Shown here piece by piece: positions 28,202-39,193 of a stretch of 64,000 nucleotides of DNA. The notes beneath the pieces are model-generated. The model had not been told where the DNA came from. It made no database searches and was given only the letters and a program-made list of their open reading frames with translations. Position 1 is the stretch's first letter. Each line of letters begins with the position of its first letter. Source of the DNA: an uncultured delta proteobacterium. GTDB taxonomy: Bacteria; Desulfobacterota; Binatia; UBA9968. A program made the position numbers and the translations under genes. The stretch spans positions 32,359 through 96,358 of the forward strand of contig CAVYTU010000010.1 in assembly GCA_963771465.1 (NCBI GenBank), in the 5' to 3' direction.

Positions 28202-30150
28202 GGCGTACTTTCAAGTGCAATCAGCGGCGCCTATTAATCGCCAAGGTTTTGTTCCTTGTGGTTTTCTTGGCGGTGGGCGGTCGCGCGTTCCAGCTGCAAG
28301 TCCTGCAAGGCGATAAACTCATGCGCCTGGGCCAACGCCAGCACTTAAAGGAATGGATCGTTTTGCCAAAGCGCGGTGCGTTGATTGACCGCGCCGGTGA
28401 ACCGTTGGCGTTGAGCATGGAGTCGCAGTCGGTCTACGTTCGACCCCATCGAATTCAAGACGCCGACAGAGTGAGTCAAAATTTGGCGCAGATCCTTAAT
28501 CTCCGCGCCGCTGAAGTTAAACAAAAAGTCAGCTCGGAAAAACCCTTCGTTTGGGTCAAGCGGCAAATCTCATCGCCGGAGGCGGAAAAAATTCAGGCGC
28601 TGAACCTGGACGGCATCGGCATGTTTTTCGAACCCAATCGCCACTATCCGCAAGGGCAGCTGGCGGGCCAGCTGATCGGCTTCGTCGGCCGGGATTCCGA
28701 AGGGCTGGAAGGCTTGGAGCTGAAGTACAACGACTTCATCCGCGGGGAAACCGGTTCGTCAGTAACCGAGCGCGACGCGCTCGGACGGCGTGTGCTCGTT
28801 CAGGGTATGGAGGGATTGCAGATTCCGCCGGGCAGCGACGTTCATTTGACACTCGACACGGCGATTCAAAACATGGCGGAAAAAGAATTAGAAGCATCGA
28901 TCGTAAAATATCGCGCCAAAGCGGGAGTGGCGATCGTGGTGGAGCCGCACACCGGTGAAGTTCTGGCATTGGCCAACTATCCCTCCTTCGATCCCAATAA
29001 TTACGCCAAGCAAACCGCCGAGCAGAGACGTAACCGCGCCGTCACGGACAGTTTCGAACCGGGCTCGACATTTAAAACCATTCTCGCCGCCGCCGCTTTA
29101 GAAGAAGGGATCGTCGGCAAAGACGATCTCTTCTATTGTGAAATGGGCAAGTATCCGTTTGCCGGACGAGTGATCCATGACACTCATCCGCAGGGTTGGC
29201 TGTCTTTCGCTAAGATTCTCCAGGTGTCGAGCAACATCGGCTTCACCAAAGTGGCCGAGAAGGTCAAGCGGGAGCGCTACTTCAAGTACATTGAAAAATT
29301 TGGTTTCGGCAAAGTCACAGGCTTGGATGTGCCCGGCGAGGTGCCTGGATTGCTGCGCCGCGCCGAAAGTTGGGCGAGTATCGATCTGGCCACCCATGCT
29401 TTCGGCCAAGGCATCTCGACCACGCCGATGCAGCTGGTAATGGCGTATGCGGCGATCGCCAACGGCGGCTTTCTCATGCGTCCGTTTGTGACTCGCCGGG
29501 TGATTAGCCCGGGCGGCGAAGTCTTGGTCGAGAACCAGCCCCACGTGGTGCGCCGGGTGATTTCGGAAAAAACTGCCAAGCTGCTGGCATCGATACTGAA
29601 GGATGTGACCAACGAGGGCGGCACCGGCACCATGGCGAATATCGAAGGCTTCGAAGTCGCGGGAAAAACCGGCACGGCGCAGAAGGCCGATCCGGCCCAC
29701 GGCGGATATTCAAAGAAGCGCGTCGCCTCCTTTGTCGGATTTGTGCCTGCCGATAATCCACGTTTGGTGGCGTTAGTGCTGATCGACGAGCCCGAGTCGC
29801 AAGTTTACGGCGGCGTGGTCGCGGCGCCGGTGTTTCGTAACCTGGTTCAAGGCGCGCTGCGCCGGTTGGCCGTGGCACCGCAGACGACTCAGCCGCTTCC
29901 GACGGAGCCCAACCGCGCCGCATTGACGATTCGCCATGGCGCCAAGCGCGCCACTCAAACCGCGCTTCCCGCCGGTGCCGATGGGGTGCCCGATTTCGTC
30001 GGCCTAAGTCTGCGCGAGGCGTTGACGAAAGCTCAATCGATGAAAGTTAAGGTGCGGCTGCAAGGCAATGGCTACGTAATTCGTCAGGCGCCGCAGGCGG
30101 GCGGCCGCTGGAACGAAGAAGAAATTTTAGTGCTCAATTTGCAAGGCTGA
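28198..30150 (+). CDS. ftsI: Penicillin-binding protein 3 with C-terminal PASTA domain
   Basis: RG.I.DR, EPGSTFK, SSN, KTGTAQ; VPDFVGLSLREA. Confidence 0.96.
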   Translation: MRRTFKCNQRRLLIAKVLFLVVFLAVGGRAFQLQVLQGDKLMRLGQRQHLKEWIVLPKRGALIDRAGEPLALSMESQSVYVRPHRIQDADRVSQNLAQILNLRAAEVKQKVSSEKPFVWVKRQISSPEAEKIQALNLDGIGMFFEPNRHYPQGQLAGQLIGFVGRDSEGLEGLELKYNDFIRGETGSSVTERDALGRRVLVQGMEGLQIPPGSDVHLTLDTAIQNMAEKELEASIVKYRAKAGVAIVVEPHTGEVLALANYPSFDPNNYAKQTAEQRRNRAVTDSFEPGSTFKTILAAAALEEGIVGKDDLFYCEMGKYPFAGRVIHDTHPQGWLSFAKILQVSSNIGFTKVAEKVKRERYFKYIEKFGFGKVTGLDVPGEVPGLLRRAESWASIDLATHAFGQGISTTPMQLVMAYAAIANGGFLMRPFVTRRVISPGGEVLVENQPHVVRRVISEKTAKLLASILKDVTNEGGTGTMANIEGFEVAGKTGTAQKADPAHGGYSKKRVASFVGFVPADNPRLVALVLIDEPESQVYGGVVAAPVFRNLVQGALRRLAVAPQTTQPLPTEPNRAALTIRHGAKRATQTALPAGADGVPDFVGLSLREALTKAQSMKVKVRLQGNGYVIRQAPQAGGRWNEEEILVLNLQG

Positions 30151-30155
30151 CGGAG

Positions 30156-31700
30156 ATGCAACTCAAGGAGCTTGTGACGCTGGAGGAGGTGGCAGAGGCT
30201 GCGGGAAATCTGGATCAAGAAGTGAGCGGGTTGACTTACGATTCGCGCACGGCGAGCGCAGGGCAGGTTTTTTTCGCGATTCCAGGTGAGAAGGCCGACG
30301 GCCACGATTTCATCGGCGCGGCGATCAAGCGCGGCGCGTCCACAGTGGTTTATTCGCGCCCAGGCGACCGGCCGCAAATCGCAGCGTCGGTGCGGGTGAA
30401 AGATGTCCGGCGCGCGCTGGGGATATGGGCGGCACATTTTTATCATCGACCGAGCCAAAGCCTAAAACTTGTCGGCGTGACCGGGACCAACGGCAAAACG
30501 ACTCTGACCTACTTAGTCGAGTCGATATTCAAGGCCGCAGGTTTGGCATCCGGCGTGATCGGTACCATCAATTATCGTTACGTCGGCCGGGAAATACCGT
30601 CTCATCACACCACGCCGGAGTCGCTCGATTTGCAGCAAATATTGGCCGCCATGGTCGGCGCGGGCGTGAAGTCGGCCGCCATTGAAGTTTCCTCCCACGC
30701 CTTAGCACAGGAGCGAGTACGTGGATTGGATTTTGACGTCGGTGTTTTTACCAATCTGTCGCGCGATCATCTCGACTACCATGGCGACATGGACGATTAC
30801 TTTTCGGCCAAGAGCCGGCTGTTTACCGATTATTTAGATGCCAGTTCAAAGACGGACAAGGCGGCGGTAATTTATGGCGAAGATGCGCGCGGTGGCACAC
30901 TGGCCGCCATGGCGCGCGCGCACGGTTTGGACGTTTGGTTATACGGCGAAGGGTCGACCTGGGATGTGCATCCGTTAACCGTTGAAATGGACGTTTTCGG
31001 TTGCCGGGGCAAGATCGCTGCCAAGGGACGGACGGTGGCATTTGAATCGGCGCTGATCGGCAGCGCTAACTTGCAAAATATTCTCGGCGCGGTGGGCGTC
31101 AGTTGCGCGCTCGGGCTTGAACCTGACGCCATTGGGGCGGGAATTCGCCAACTCAAAACCGTTCCCGGACGCGTCGAGAAGGTTGAAAACCAGTTCGGCA
31201 TTACTATTCTCGTCGACTACGCGCATACGCCGGACGCGCTGGAGAAAGTTCTCGGCACGGTGCGGCCGTTGACCCGCGGTAAGGTGATCACTGTGTTCGG
31301 TTGCGGCGGCGATCGCGATCGCGGCAAAAGGCCGCTGATGGGTGAAATTGCCGCGCGGCTGAGCGATCTCGTGGTCGTGACTTCGGATAATCCGCGGACT
31401 GAGGAGGCGTCGGCGATTCTCGGCGAGATTGAAGCTGGCGTTCAGCAGACTGGCTTGAAGAAGTTTGGGGTTTCGGATGCCGCGTCTCGGTCTGGGGAAT
31501 TCGATTCCGAGCGCGGTTATTTCATGGAAGCTGATCGGCGAATGGCGATTCGCGCCGCGCTCCATTGGGCCGCGCCGGGCGATGTGGTTTTGATCGCCGG
31601 CAAGGGGCACGAGGACTATCAAATCCTCGGCACCGAAAAGATTCATTTCGACGATCGGGAGGTGGCTCGCGAGGAATTAGCCGCGCGAGCCGATGCCTAA
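30156..31700 (+). CDS. murE: UDP-MurNAc-tripeptide synthetase (mDAP-adding)
   Basis: GVTGTNGKTT, EVSSH, DYAHTPD, DNPR, GKGHE. Confidence 0.97.
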   Translation: MQLKELVTLEEVAEAAGNLDQEVSGLTYDSRTASAGQVFFAIPGEKADGHDFIGAAIKRGASTVVYSRPGDRPQIAASVRVKDVRRALGIWAAHFYHRPSQSLKLVGVTGTNGKTTLTYLVESIFKAAGLASGVIGTINYRYVGREIPSHHTTPESLDLQQILAAMVGAGVKSAAIEVSSHALAQERVRGLDFDVGVFTNLSRDHLDYHGDMDDYFSAKSRLFTDYLDASSKTDKAAVIYGEDARGGTLAAMARAHGLDVWLYGEGSTWDVHPLTVEMDVFGCRGKIAAKGRTVAFESALIGSANLQNILGAVGVSCALGLEPDAIGAGIRQLKTVPGRVEKVENQFGITILVDYAHTPDALEKVLGTVRPLTRGKVITVFGCGGDRDRGKRPLMGEIAARLSDLVVVTSDNPRTEEASAILGEIEAGVQQTGLKKFGVSDAASRSGEFDSERGYFMEADRRMAIRAALHWAAPGDVVLIAGKGHEDYQILGTEKIHFDDREVAREELAARADA

Positions 31701-33114
31701 ACCACGGAGCATGTCATGGAGTCGCAGCGAAATACTGGCGGCAACCGGCGGCGCATTAGCGCGCGCGGGAAACCGACTGCGCTTTGGCGCGGTGGTCACT
31801 GATTCCAGCAAGGTTAAACCGGGAACGGTTTTTGTCGCCCTCAAAGGTGAACGCTTCGATGGCCATCGCTTTGTCGCTGACGCTGTCCGACGCGGTGCGG
31901 CGTGCGTGATCGTGCATCGGAGGTTAGCTCGGGAAAAGCTCGGTAACGCAACGGTGATCAGAGTCGACGACACGCTTGGCGCGTTGGGAGATTTGGCGAA
32001 TTTTCGCCGCCGGCAGTTTGGCCCCAGGGTGTTGGCGATCACCGGTTCAAACGGCAAGACGACGACCAAGGAAATGGTCGCGGCGATTCTCGAAGAAGCT
32101 TCCCTCGAGGGTCGATCGCTACGCGGCAAGATATTGAAGACCGAAGGCAATTTTAACAATCTGGTAGGCTTACCCTTGACGCTTTTGCGCTTGCGTAAAA
32201 AGGACAAGGTCGCGGTGGTCGAACTCGGCACCAATTATCCCGGCGAGATCGAGCGTTTGGCTCGGATCGCGGAGCCGGATTTGGCCATTATTACTTCAGT
32301 TGCCGCCGCCCATCTCGAAGGATTGAACAGTCTCGCCGGCGTGGCGCGGGAAAAGGGCGCGCTCTACCAAAACGTCCGCCGCGGCGGCGCCATCGCGGTG
32401 AATCTCGACGATCCCTGGGTGAAGCGTCTGGGCGCGAAGTTCAAAGGCAAGAAATTTACCTATGGCAGACGCGGCCAGGTGCGCGCGCAAGCGCTCGATC
32501 TACACGATGCCAAGGGGGTCGGCTTTGAGCTCCGCGCGGGCGCCCAGCGATGTAAAATTCACCTGCGCTATCTCGGTCAACACAATGTCGCTAACGCGCT
32601 CGGCGCGGCGGCATTGACTCTCGGCGCCGGCGTTAGCCTAACGGCGGTGCGCCGCGGACTCGTCAAAGCCAAACCCTATGCGATGCGCATGCAGATTCAG
32701 CAGTGGCGTGGTGTCGGCGTTATCAACGACGCCTACAACGCCAATCCCGCTTCGATGCAGGCGGCGCTGACGACGCTGGCGGATATTCCCTGCCGCGGCC
32801 AACGCATCGCGGTTCTCGGCGATATGTTCGAGCTCGGCCGGCAGAGCAGCAAGGAACATCGAGCCTTGGGTCGGGCCACGGCGCGGGCGAAAATCGACCG
32901 GCTCTATTTGCTGGGCGCCCAAGCCGGCAAGGTTCGCGCCAGCGCGCTCGGCGCCGGCATGAAGGCGCAGCAAATTTGCATTGGCGCCGATCACAGCGAG
33001 TTGGCGCGCCGCATCGGCGCCACGGTGAAGCGCGGCGACTGGCTCCTGTTTAAAGGCTCACGCGGCATGAAAATGGAAAATGTTCTGAATCAGCTCACAG
33101 GCGGAAAGGCGTAG
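31693..33114 (+). CDS. murF: UDP-MurNAc-pentapeptide synthetase
   Basis: [39 protein letters not shown]. Confidence 0.96.
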   Translation: MPKPRSMSWSRSEILAATGGALARAGNRLRFGAVVTDSSKVKPGTVFVALKGERFDGHRFVADAVRRGAACVIVHRRLAREKLGNATVIRVDDTLGALGDLANFRRRQFGPRVLAITGSNGKTTTKEMVAAILEEASLEGRSLRGKILKTEGNFNNLVGLPLTLLRLRKKDKVAVVELGTNYPGEIERLARIAEPDLAIITSVAAAHLEGLNSLAGVAREKGALYQNVRRGGAIAVNLDDPWVKRLGAKFKGKKFTYGRRGQVRAQALDLHDAKGVGFELRAGAQRCKIHLRYLGQHNVANALGAAALTLGAGVSLTAVRRGLVKAKPYAMRMQIQQWRGVGVINDAYNANPASMQAALTTLADIPCRGQRIAVLGDMFELGRQSSKEHRALGRATARAKIDRLYLLGAQAGKVRASALGAGMKAQQICIGADHSELARRIGATVKRGDWLLFKGSRGMKMENVLNQLTGGKA

Positions 33115-33124
33115 GCGCGCGGCA

Positions 33125-34201
33125 TTGCTTTACTATTTATCTTTCTTGCTGGCGAGCAGTTATTCCGGCTTTAACGTTTTTCGCTATATCACCTTTCGCG
33201 CGGCGATGGCGGCATTATTGGCGTTGATGATCTCGTTCTTACTGGGACCCTGGTTGATTCGCGTATTGACCGAAAAACAGATCGGCCAGCAGATTCGCGA
33301 CGACGGCCCGGCTTCTCATGCGACGAAGGCAGGGACGCCGACCATGGGTGGCGCATTGATTCTGTTGGCATTGCTGATCTCGACCTTGATGCTGGCTGAC
33401 ATCGGCAATCGTTATGTCCTGCTCGCGCTCATCGCCACGGTGGGGAGCGGCGTCGTCGGCTTCACCGACGATTACTTGAAACTAACTCGTAAGAACAGCA
33501 AAGGACTTTCGCCCCGAGCAAAACTACTCGGACAGTTACTGGTGGCGTTCATCGTCGCTGTGGCGCTTTATAATTTACCGAAATTTAGCACCGAGATCGC
33601 GTTTCCGTTCATCAAGACGCTGCGCGTGAATCTCGATATTTTCTACATCCCGTTCGCCATGCTGGTGATCATCGGTTCGTCCAACGCGGTTAATTTGACC
33701 GATGGTCTCGACGGTCTCGCCATCGGCCCGGTGATGGTGGCGGCGGCCGCATACGCGATTATCGCGTATGCCACCGGCCACTTGAAATTCGCCGAATATT
33801 TGCAGATTCCCTACGTTGCCGGGGTCGGCGAATTAAGCGTCTTTTGCGCCGCGGTGATGGCCGCCGGTTTGGGATTTCTCTGGTACAACGCCTATCCCGC
33901 GCAGATGTTCATGGGCGACGTCGGTTCGCTTTCCTTGGGCGCGGCGCTCGGCGTGGTCGCAGTGATGACCAAGAACGAGATTCTCTTAATCATTGTCGGC
34001 GGCGTCTTTGTCATCGAAGCGCTGTCGGTGATCTTTCAGGTGGCGTCGTACAAGCTTCGCCGTAAACGGGTTTTTTTGATGGCGCCGATTCATCATCACT
34101 ATGAGCTTAAGGGTTGGAAGGAGCCGCAGATCATCGTGCGTTTTTGGATCCTGTCGATCATTTTCGCGGTGATCGGCTTGAGTACGTTGAAACTCAGATG
34201 A
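33125..34201 (+). CDS. mraY: Phospho-MurNAc-pentapeptide transferase
   Basis: [36 protein letters not shown]. Confidence 0.97.
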   Translation: MLYYLSFLLASSYSGFNVFRYITFRAAMAALLALMISFLLGPWLIRVLTEKQIGQQIRDDGPASHATKAGTPTMGGALILLALLISTLMLADIGNRYVLLALIATVGSGVVGFTDDYLKLTRKNSKGLSPRAKLLGQLLVAFIVAVALYNLPKFSTEIAFPFIKTLRVNLDIFYIPFAMLVIIGSSNAVNLTDGLDGLAIGPVMVAAAAYAIIAYATGHLKFAEYLQIPYVAGVGELSVFCAAVMAAGLGFLWYNAYPAQMFMGDVGSLSLGAALGVVAVMTKNEILLIIVGGVFVIEALSVIFQVASYKLRRKRVFLMAPIHHHYELKGWKEPQIIVRFWILSIIFAVIGLSTLKLR

Positions 34202-34216
34202 TCATGGCGCCAAGCG

Positions 34217-35551
34217 ATGGAACTGAGCGGCAAAAAGGTTTTGGTGATTGGCCTGGCGCGCACCGGCAGAGAATGCGCCAGATTTCTCGCCCGCCAAGGA
34301 GCTCGAGTGTCGGTTAGTGATTTGCGCGCCGCCGATGCATTGAAGCCGGAGATGGACGCGCTCGCCGGGCTACCGATCAGTTTCCGTTTGGGCGGCGAAG
34401 AGACGAGTTGGCTCGACGACATGGATTATGTGGTGCCGAGTCCCGGCGTGCCGATGGACAACTTGATGCTGCGAGAAGCCGTGGCGCGACACCTTCCCGT
34501 GTTGAGCGAGATCGAGTTGGCGCAGCGATTTTTTCGCGCGCCGCTGATCGCGATCACCGGCACCAACGGCAAGAGCACGACGACGACCTTGATTGGCGCA
34601 ATGCTCAAAGCGGACGGCAGGAAAACGTTTCTCGGCGGCAACCTCGGCGCACCGTTCATCGGCGCGATTGAGGATCAGTGGGATTGGGGCGTTGTCGAGA
34701 TCAGCAGTTTTCAATTGGAGTGGGTGGAAATATTTAAACCGCACATTGCCGTCCATCTCAATGTCACTGAGGACCATTTGGATCGTTACCCAGCCTTCGC
34801 CGATTACCGCCGTGCCAAAGAGCGCATCTTCGCGGCACAGACCGGCGCGGACTGGGCGATTCTCAATCGCGAAGATGAGCGGGTGTGGGCGCTGCGCGAC
34901 CGGCTCAAAGCGCGGGTGGTTTCCTTCGGATTCTCTTCGATCGCGCAAGGCGTGTTTGCCACCGACGATGAAATCGTTTGGCGCGCCAATGGCAGCGAAG
35001 AACGCTTTTCACTCAAATACGTGAAAATCCAAGGGGTGCATAATATCGAGAACATGATGGCCGCCGTCGCGGCCGCCAAGTGTGCTGGTGTTTCGCGCCG
35101 AGCGATCGAGAAAACGCTCGAAGAATTCCCCGGCCTAGAACACCGTCTTGAGTTCGTGCGCGAAAAAGACGGCGTTCGCTACTACAATGATTCCAAAGGC
35201 ACCAACGTCGGCGCGGTGGTGAAATCGCTGGCGAGTTTTTCCACCCCGGTGATTTTGCTCGCCGGCGGCGTCGATAAGGGCGGCGAGTATACGCCGCTGG
35301 TCGATGGCGTCGCGAAAAAAGTGCGCCGTTTGATTCTGTTCGGCGCGGCGAAGCAAACCATCGCCGCGGCGCTGGGCCATCTGACGACGACGGTGATGGT
35401 CGAAGACCTCGGTGCCGCGGTGCGCGATGCCGCGGCGCATGGCCAGGCCGGCGATGTCGTCTTGTTATCGCCGGCTTGCTCGAGTTTCGATCAGTTTTCG
35501 AACTACGCTGAACGCGGCAAAGTTTTCAAAGCGCGAGTGCAAGAGTTATGA
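34217..35551 (+). CDS. murD: UDP-MurNAc-L-Ala-D-Glu ligase
   Basis: SPG, TGTNGKSTTT, EISSFQL, NDSKGTN, LSPACSSFDQF. Confidence 0.97.
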   Translation: MELSGKKVLVIGLARTGRECARFLARQGARVSVSDLRAADALKPEMDALAGLPISFRLGGEETSWLDDMDYVVPSPGVPMDNLMLREAVARHLPVLSEIELAQRFFRAPLIAITGTNGKSTTTTLIGAMLKADGRKTFLGGNLGAPFIGAIEDQWDWGVVEISSFQLEWVEIFKPHIAVHLNVTEDHLDRYPAFADYRRAKERIFAAQTGADWAILNREDERVWALRDRLKARVVSFGFSSIAQGVFATDDEIVWRANGSEERFSLKYVKIQGVHNIENMMAAVAAAKCAGVSRRAIEKTLEEFPGLEHRLEFVREKDGVRYYNDSKGTNVGAVVKSLASFSTPVILLAGGVDKGGEYTPLVDGVAKKVRRLILFGAAKQTIAAALGHLTTTVMVEDLGAAVRDAAAHGQAGDVVLLSPACSSFDQFSNYAERGKVFKARVQEL

Positions 35552-36642
35552 GAGACGGTTGGGCCATCGATAAATGGATGCTGATCGCGGTCGCCGCGCT
35601 CTTGGCGCTGGGGATGACCATGGTCTTGAGCACCAGCTATCTCTATTCCCAGGAGCGCTTTGCCGATGGCACCTATTTTTTCCGCAAACAGATGATCGCC
35701 ATGGGTGCCGGATTGGTCCTGCTGATCGCCTGCTCGCTGCTGCCGTCGGCGCTCTACCGCCACTTCGCCTACCCGTTACTCATCGCGACGTTCGTCGTGC
35801 TGATTCTAGTGCTCATTCCCGGCATCGGCGCCAGCCGCGGCGGCGCGCGGCGCTGGATTTCGCTGGCGGGTTTTGCCTTTCAACCGTCGGAATTGGCCAA
35901 ACTCGCGATGGTTATTTATCTGGCGCACTCGATGGCAAAAAAAGAAGCGATGATCCGCACTTTCTCTGTCGGCGTGTTGCCCCATTTAATCGTCGCCGGC
36001 GCCTTCGCCGGCGTGCTTTTGCTCGAACCCGACTTTGGCAGCGTGTTGATCCTCACCATGGTGCTTTATTCGATGTTGTTCATCGGCGGCGTGCGCGTGC
36101 ATCATCTGCTCGCCACCGCGCTGATGGCGCTGCCTTTGTTAGTCTACGTGATGATGCGCGCCGAGTATCGTTTGCGCCGGCTGATGTCGTTCTTGGATCC
36201 CTGGAGCGATTCCGCCGGCAGCGGTTTTCACGTCGTGCAGTCGCTGATCGCTTTTGGTTCGGGACAGCTATGGGGGCGCGGCTTGGGCGAGAGTCGGCAG
36301 AAGCTTTTTTATTTGCCCGAAGCGCACACCGACTTTGTTTACTCGGTGATCGGCGAAGAGCTCGGCTTATTGGGCGCGCTGGTCGTGTTGGTCCTGTTCG
36401 GCGTGATCATTTTGCGCGGTTTTCGGCTCACCGGGAGAATCGAGGAGCCCTTCGATCAATATTTAGCTTTTGGACTGACGGTGCTGCTTGGGCTTCAGGC
36501 GTTGATTCACATGGGCGTCGTCATGGGACTGATGCCGACCAAAGGACTGGTCCTGCCGTTTATCAGCTACGGCGGCTCGGCGATGGTGATCAACTTGATG
36601 GAGGCGGGAATTTTGCTGGGTCTCTCGCGCCGGAGACTGTAG
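35548..36642 (+). CDS. ftsW: Peptidoglycan glycosyltransferase FtsW
   Basis: GARRWI, FQPSELAK, LPEAHTDF, LPFISYGGS. Confidence 0.97.
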   Translation: MRDGWAIDKWMLIAVAALLALGMTMVLSTSYLYSQERFADGTYFFRKQMIAMGAGLVLLIACSLLPSALYRHFAYPLLIATFVVLILVLIPGIGASRGGARRWISLAGFAFQPSELAKLAMVIYLAHSMAKKEAMIRTFSVGVLPHLIVAGAFAGVLLLEPDFGSVLILTMVLYSMLFIGGVRVHHLLATALMALPLLVYVMMRAEYRLRRLMSFLDPWSDSAGSGFHVVQSLIAFGSGQLWGRGLGESRQKLFYLPEAHTDFVYSVIGEELGLLGALVVLVLFGVIILRGFRLTGRIEEPFDQYLAFGLTVLLGLQALIHMGVVMGLMPTKGLVLPFISYGGSAMVINLMEAGILLGLSRRRL

Positions 36643-36644
36643 CG

Positions 36645-37712
36645 ATGCGGGTGATTTTCGCCGGCGGGGGAACCGGTGGCCATCTGTTCCCCGGACTGGC
36701 GGTGGCGCGGGAGTTTCAACGGCGCGACGAGGGAGTGGAAATACTTTTTGTCGGCACAGAACAGGGGATCGAGTTTCGCGTGTTGCCTAACCAAGGATTC
36801 AAACTGGAAACGCTGAGTGTCAAAGGGATCAAAGGACGCGGTCTGCGCGGTGTGCTCGACGCAGTCTATGGCGTGCCGGCGAGCGTACTGCGCTCGTTCA
36901 AGATCATCGGCGAGTTTCGCCCCGACTGCATCATCGGTTTGGGCGGCTATGCGTCCGGACCGTTGCTGCTGGCGGGTAAATTGAAAGGCGTTCGCGCAGC
37001 GATCATGGAGCAAAATTTGCAGCCTGGCTTTACTAACAAAATTCTCGCGCGGCTGGTCGATCGGGTTTTTACCGCGTATGCCGACAGCGGAAAATATTTT
37101 TCCGGTGCGCGCGTGATTGAGACCGGCAATCCGGTGCGCTGGCGTGAATTACCTAAAGTTCCGCGCGGCGAAAAATTCTCCCTATTTATTTTCGGCGGTA
37201 GCGGCGGCGCGCGGCGGATCAATTATGCGGTGGTCGATGCCTTGAAGCTGCTCGGCGATCTTGAGCCCGACATCGTGATCATGCATCAAACCGGACCCTT
37301 GGATTATGCGGCGATCAAACAGGCTTATGCTGCGTTACCGTTCAGCGCGGAAGTGACGCCCTTTATCGATAATATGGCCGGAGCCTACGCGCGCGCCGAT
37401 CTGATCATTTGCCGCGCCGGCGCGACCACGGTGGCGGAGCTTACGGCCTTTGGCAAAGCGGCGATTCTCGTCCCTTATCCTTACGCGATCTACGATCATC
37501 AACGCGGCAATGCCGAGGCGCTGCAAGCGCGCGGCGCCGCCGAGATGATTTTGGATCAAGACTTGACGGGAGCGCTATTGGCCGGACGGATTCGGAGTTA
37601 CTTCGCGGATCGGCCGCGCATTGAAAAAATGGCCGCGGCGGCGCGCGCCTTGGGACGGCCGGATGCGGCGGCGAAAATCGTCGATGAGTGCTATGCGCTA
37701 GCGCATGCGTAG
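36645..37712 (+). CDS. murG: GlcNAc transferase MurG
   Basis: GGGTGGHLFP, GGYAS, EQN, GNPVR, RAGATT. Confidence 0.97.
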   Translation: MRVIFAGGGTGGHLFPGLAVAREFQRRDEGVEILFVGTEQGIEFRVLPNQGFKLETLSVKGIKGRGLRGVLDAVYGVPASVLRSFKIIGEFRPDCIIGLGGYASGPLLLAGKLKGVRAAIMEQNLQPGFTNKILARLVDRVFTAYADSGKYFSGARVIETGNPVRWRELPKVPRGEKFSLFIFGGSGGARRINYAVVDALKLLGDLEPDIVIMHQTGPLDYAAIKQAYAALPFSAEVTPFIDNMAGAYARADLIICRAGATTVAELTAFGKAAILVPYPYAIYDHQRGNAEALQARGAAEMILDQDLTGALLAGRIRSYFADRPRIEKMAAAARALGRPDAAAKIVDECYALAHA

Positions 37713-37736
37713 AGTTTGCACGGCAGCCGAAGTTTC

Positions 37737-39107
37737 ATGTTGCACAAGAAGCACAAAATTCATTTCGTCGGCATCGGCGGCATCGGCATGAGCGGCATCG
37801 CCGAGGTATTGGTGAACTTAGGTTACACAGTCAGCGGTTCAGATTTGCAAGCAAGCGACGCGACGCGGCGGTTGGCAGCGCTCGGCGCGGCCATTTTCAT
37901 CGGCCACCAAGAAGAAAATCTCTCCAGTGATCCTTCGGTGGTGGTGATTTCGACGGCGGTAAAGTACTCCAACCCCGAGGTGCTCGAAGCGCGCCGGCGC
38001 CATATCCCGGTGATCCCGCGCGCGGAAATGCTCGCCGAGCTGATGCGCATGAAATATGGCGTCGCCGTTGCCGGTAGTCACGGCAAGACGACGACAACCT
38101 CGATGATCGCCGCGGTGTTGAGCACGGCGGGACTCGACCCGACGATGGTGATCGGCGGACGTGTGCATATGTTCGGCACCAACGCCAAAATAGGCCAAGG
38201 TGAAATTTTGGTCGCCGAGGCGGACGAAAGCGACGGTAGCTTTCTTTTGCTCGCCCCCGTGATCGCCGTGGTCACCAACATCGATAAAGAGCATATGGAT
38301 TTTTACCAATCCATGGAGCGCTTAAACGAAAGTTTTCTTACTTTCATCAACAAGATTCCGTTCTACGGTCTGGCAGTGTTGTGCGTCGACGACGCCAACG
38401 TGCACGGACTTTTGCCCAAGGTGCGCAAGCGATTCTCGACTTATGGGCTATCCGCCGAAGCGGAGTTCTCGGCACGGCGCTTGAAGATGAGCCCGGAGGG
38501 CGTCGAATTCACCGTGCTGCGCCACGACAACGCGCTCGGTAAGTTGCACCTGCGCTCGCCGGGAAAACATAGCGCGACCAATGCGCTGGCCGCGGTGGCG
38601 GTGGCTTGCGAGTTAGAAATTCCGTTCGATCAGGTTGCGGCGGCGCTCGCCACTTTTACCGGCATTCATCGGCGCTTCGAAATCAAAGGCGAGCCTAACG
38701 GCATTCTCATCATCGACGACTACGGCCATCATCCGACGGAGATCCGCGCCACCATCGGCGCCATCCGGGACAGTTGGAAGCGACCGCTGACGGTCATTTT
38801 TCAGCCGCACCGCTACACCCGGACGCGCGATCTTTTCGAGGAATTTTTGACCGCCTTCGAAGGCGCCGATCGCTTGGTACTGACGGAAATTTATCCAGCC
38901 GGCGAAGATCCCATCGAAGGCGCCACTGGCGCAGCGCTTTATCAAGCGATCAAGCGCAAGGGACATTTGGACGTCGAGTTCGTCGCCGACAAGAATCAGA
39001 TCGTTCCGCATGTGACGGCGATGTTGAACTCCGGCGACGTGGCGCTGACGCTTGGCGCCGGTGATATTTATAAGATCGGCGACCGGTTGGTTGGAGCGCT
39101 GGGATGA
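37737..39107 (+). CDS. murC: UDP-MurNAc-L-Ala ligase
   Basis: GIGGIGMSG, GSHGKTTTT, EADESD, DDYGHHP.E, FQPHRY.R. Confidence 0.97.
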   Translation: MLHKKHKIHFVGIGGIGMSGIAEVLVNLGYTVSGSDLQASDATRRLAALGAAIFIGHQEENLSSDPSVVVISTAVKYSNPEVLEARRRHIPVIPRAEMLAELMRMKYGVAVAGSHGKTTTTSMIAAVLSTAGLDPTMVIGGRVHMFGTNAKIGQGEILVAEADESDGSFLLLAPVIAVVTNIDKEHMDFYQSMERLNESFLTFINKIPFYGLAVLCVDDANVHGLLPKVRKRFSTYGLSAEAEFSARRLKMSPEGVEFTVLRHDNALGKLHLRSPGKHSATNALAAVAVACELEIPFDQVAAALATFTGIHRRFEIKGEPNGILIIDDYGHHPTEIRATIGAIRDSWKRPLTVIFQPHRYTRTRDLFEEFLTAFEGADRLVLTEIYPAGEDPIEGATGAALYQAIKRKGHLDVEFVADKNQIVPHVTAMLNSGDVALTLGAGDIYKIGDRLVGALG

Positions 39108-39112
39108 AGAAT

Positions 39113-39173
39113 TGGAGTGATGGAGTATTGGGAGGTGCGGCGCGGTCCAGCACTCCAACGCTCACGCACTCCA
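39113..39173. repeat. 8-mer tandem repeat with inverted arm (TGGAGTGA / CACTCCA)
   Basis: TGGAGTGA TGGAGTAT TGG ... CCAGCACTCCAACGCTCACGCACTCCA between murC and murB. Confidence 0.65.
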
Positions 39174-39193
39174 AATCGATGGTGATGTTTGCG

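Noticed and set aside
35574-36644. Apparent 712-aa MurG fusion
   Set aside because: The extension is an off-frame read-through of ftsW. The real start is ATG 36645.
39104-39193. N-terminal extension of MurB
   Set aside because: It is translation through the octamer repeat. A downstream ATG gives a normal-length MurB.
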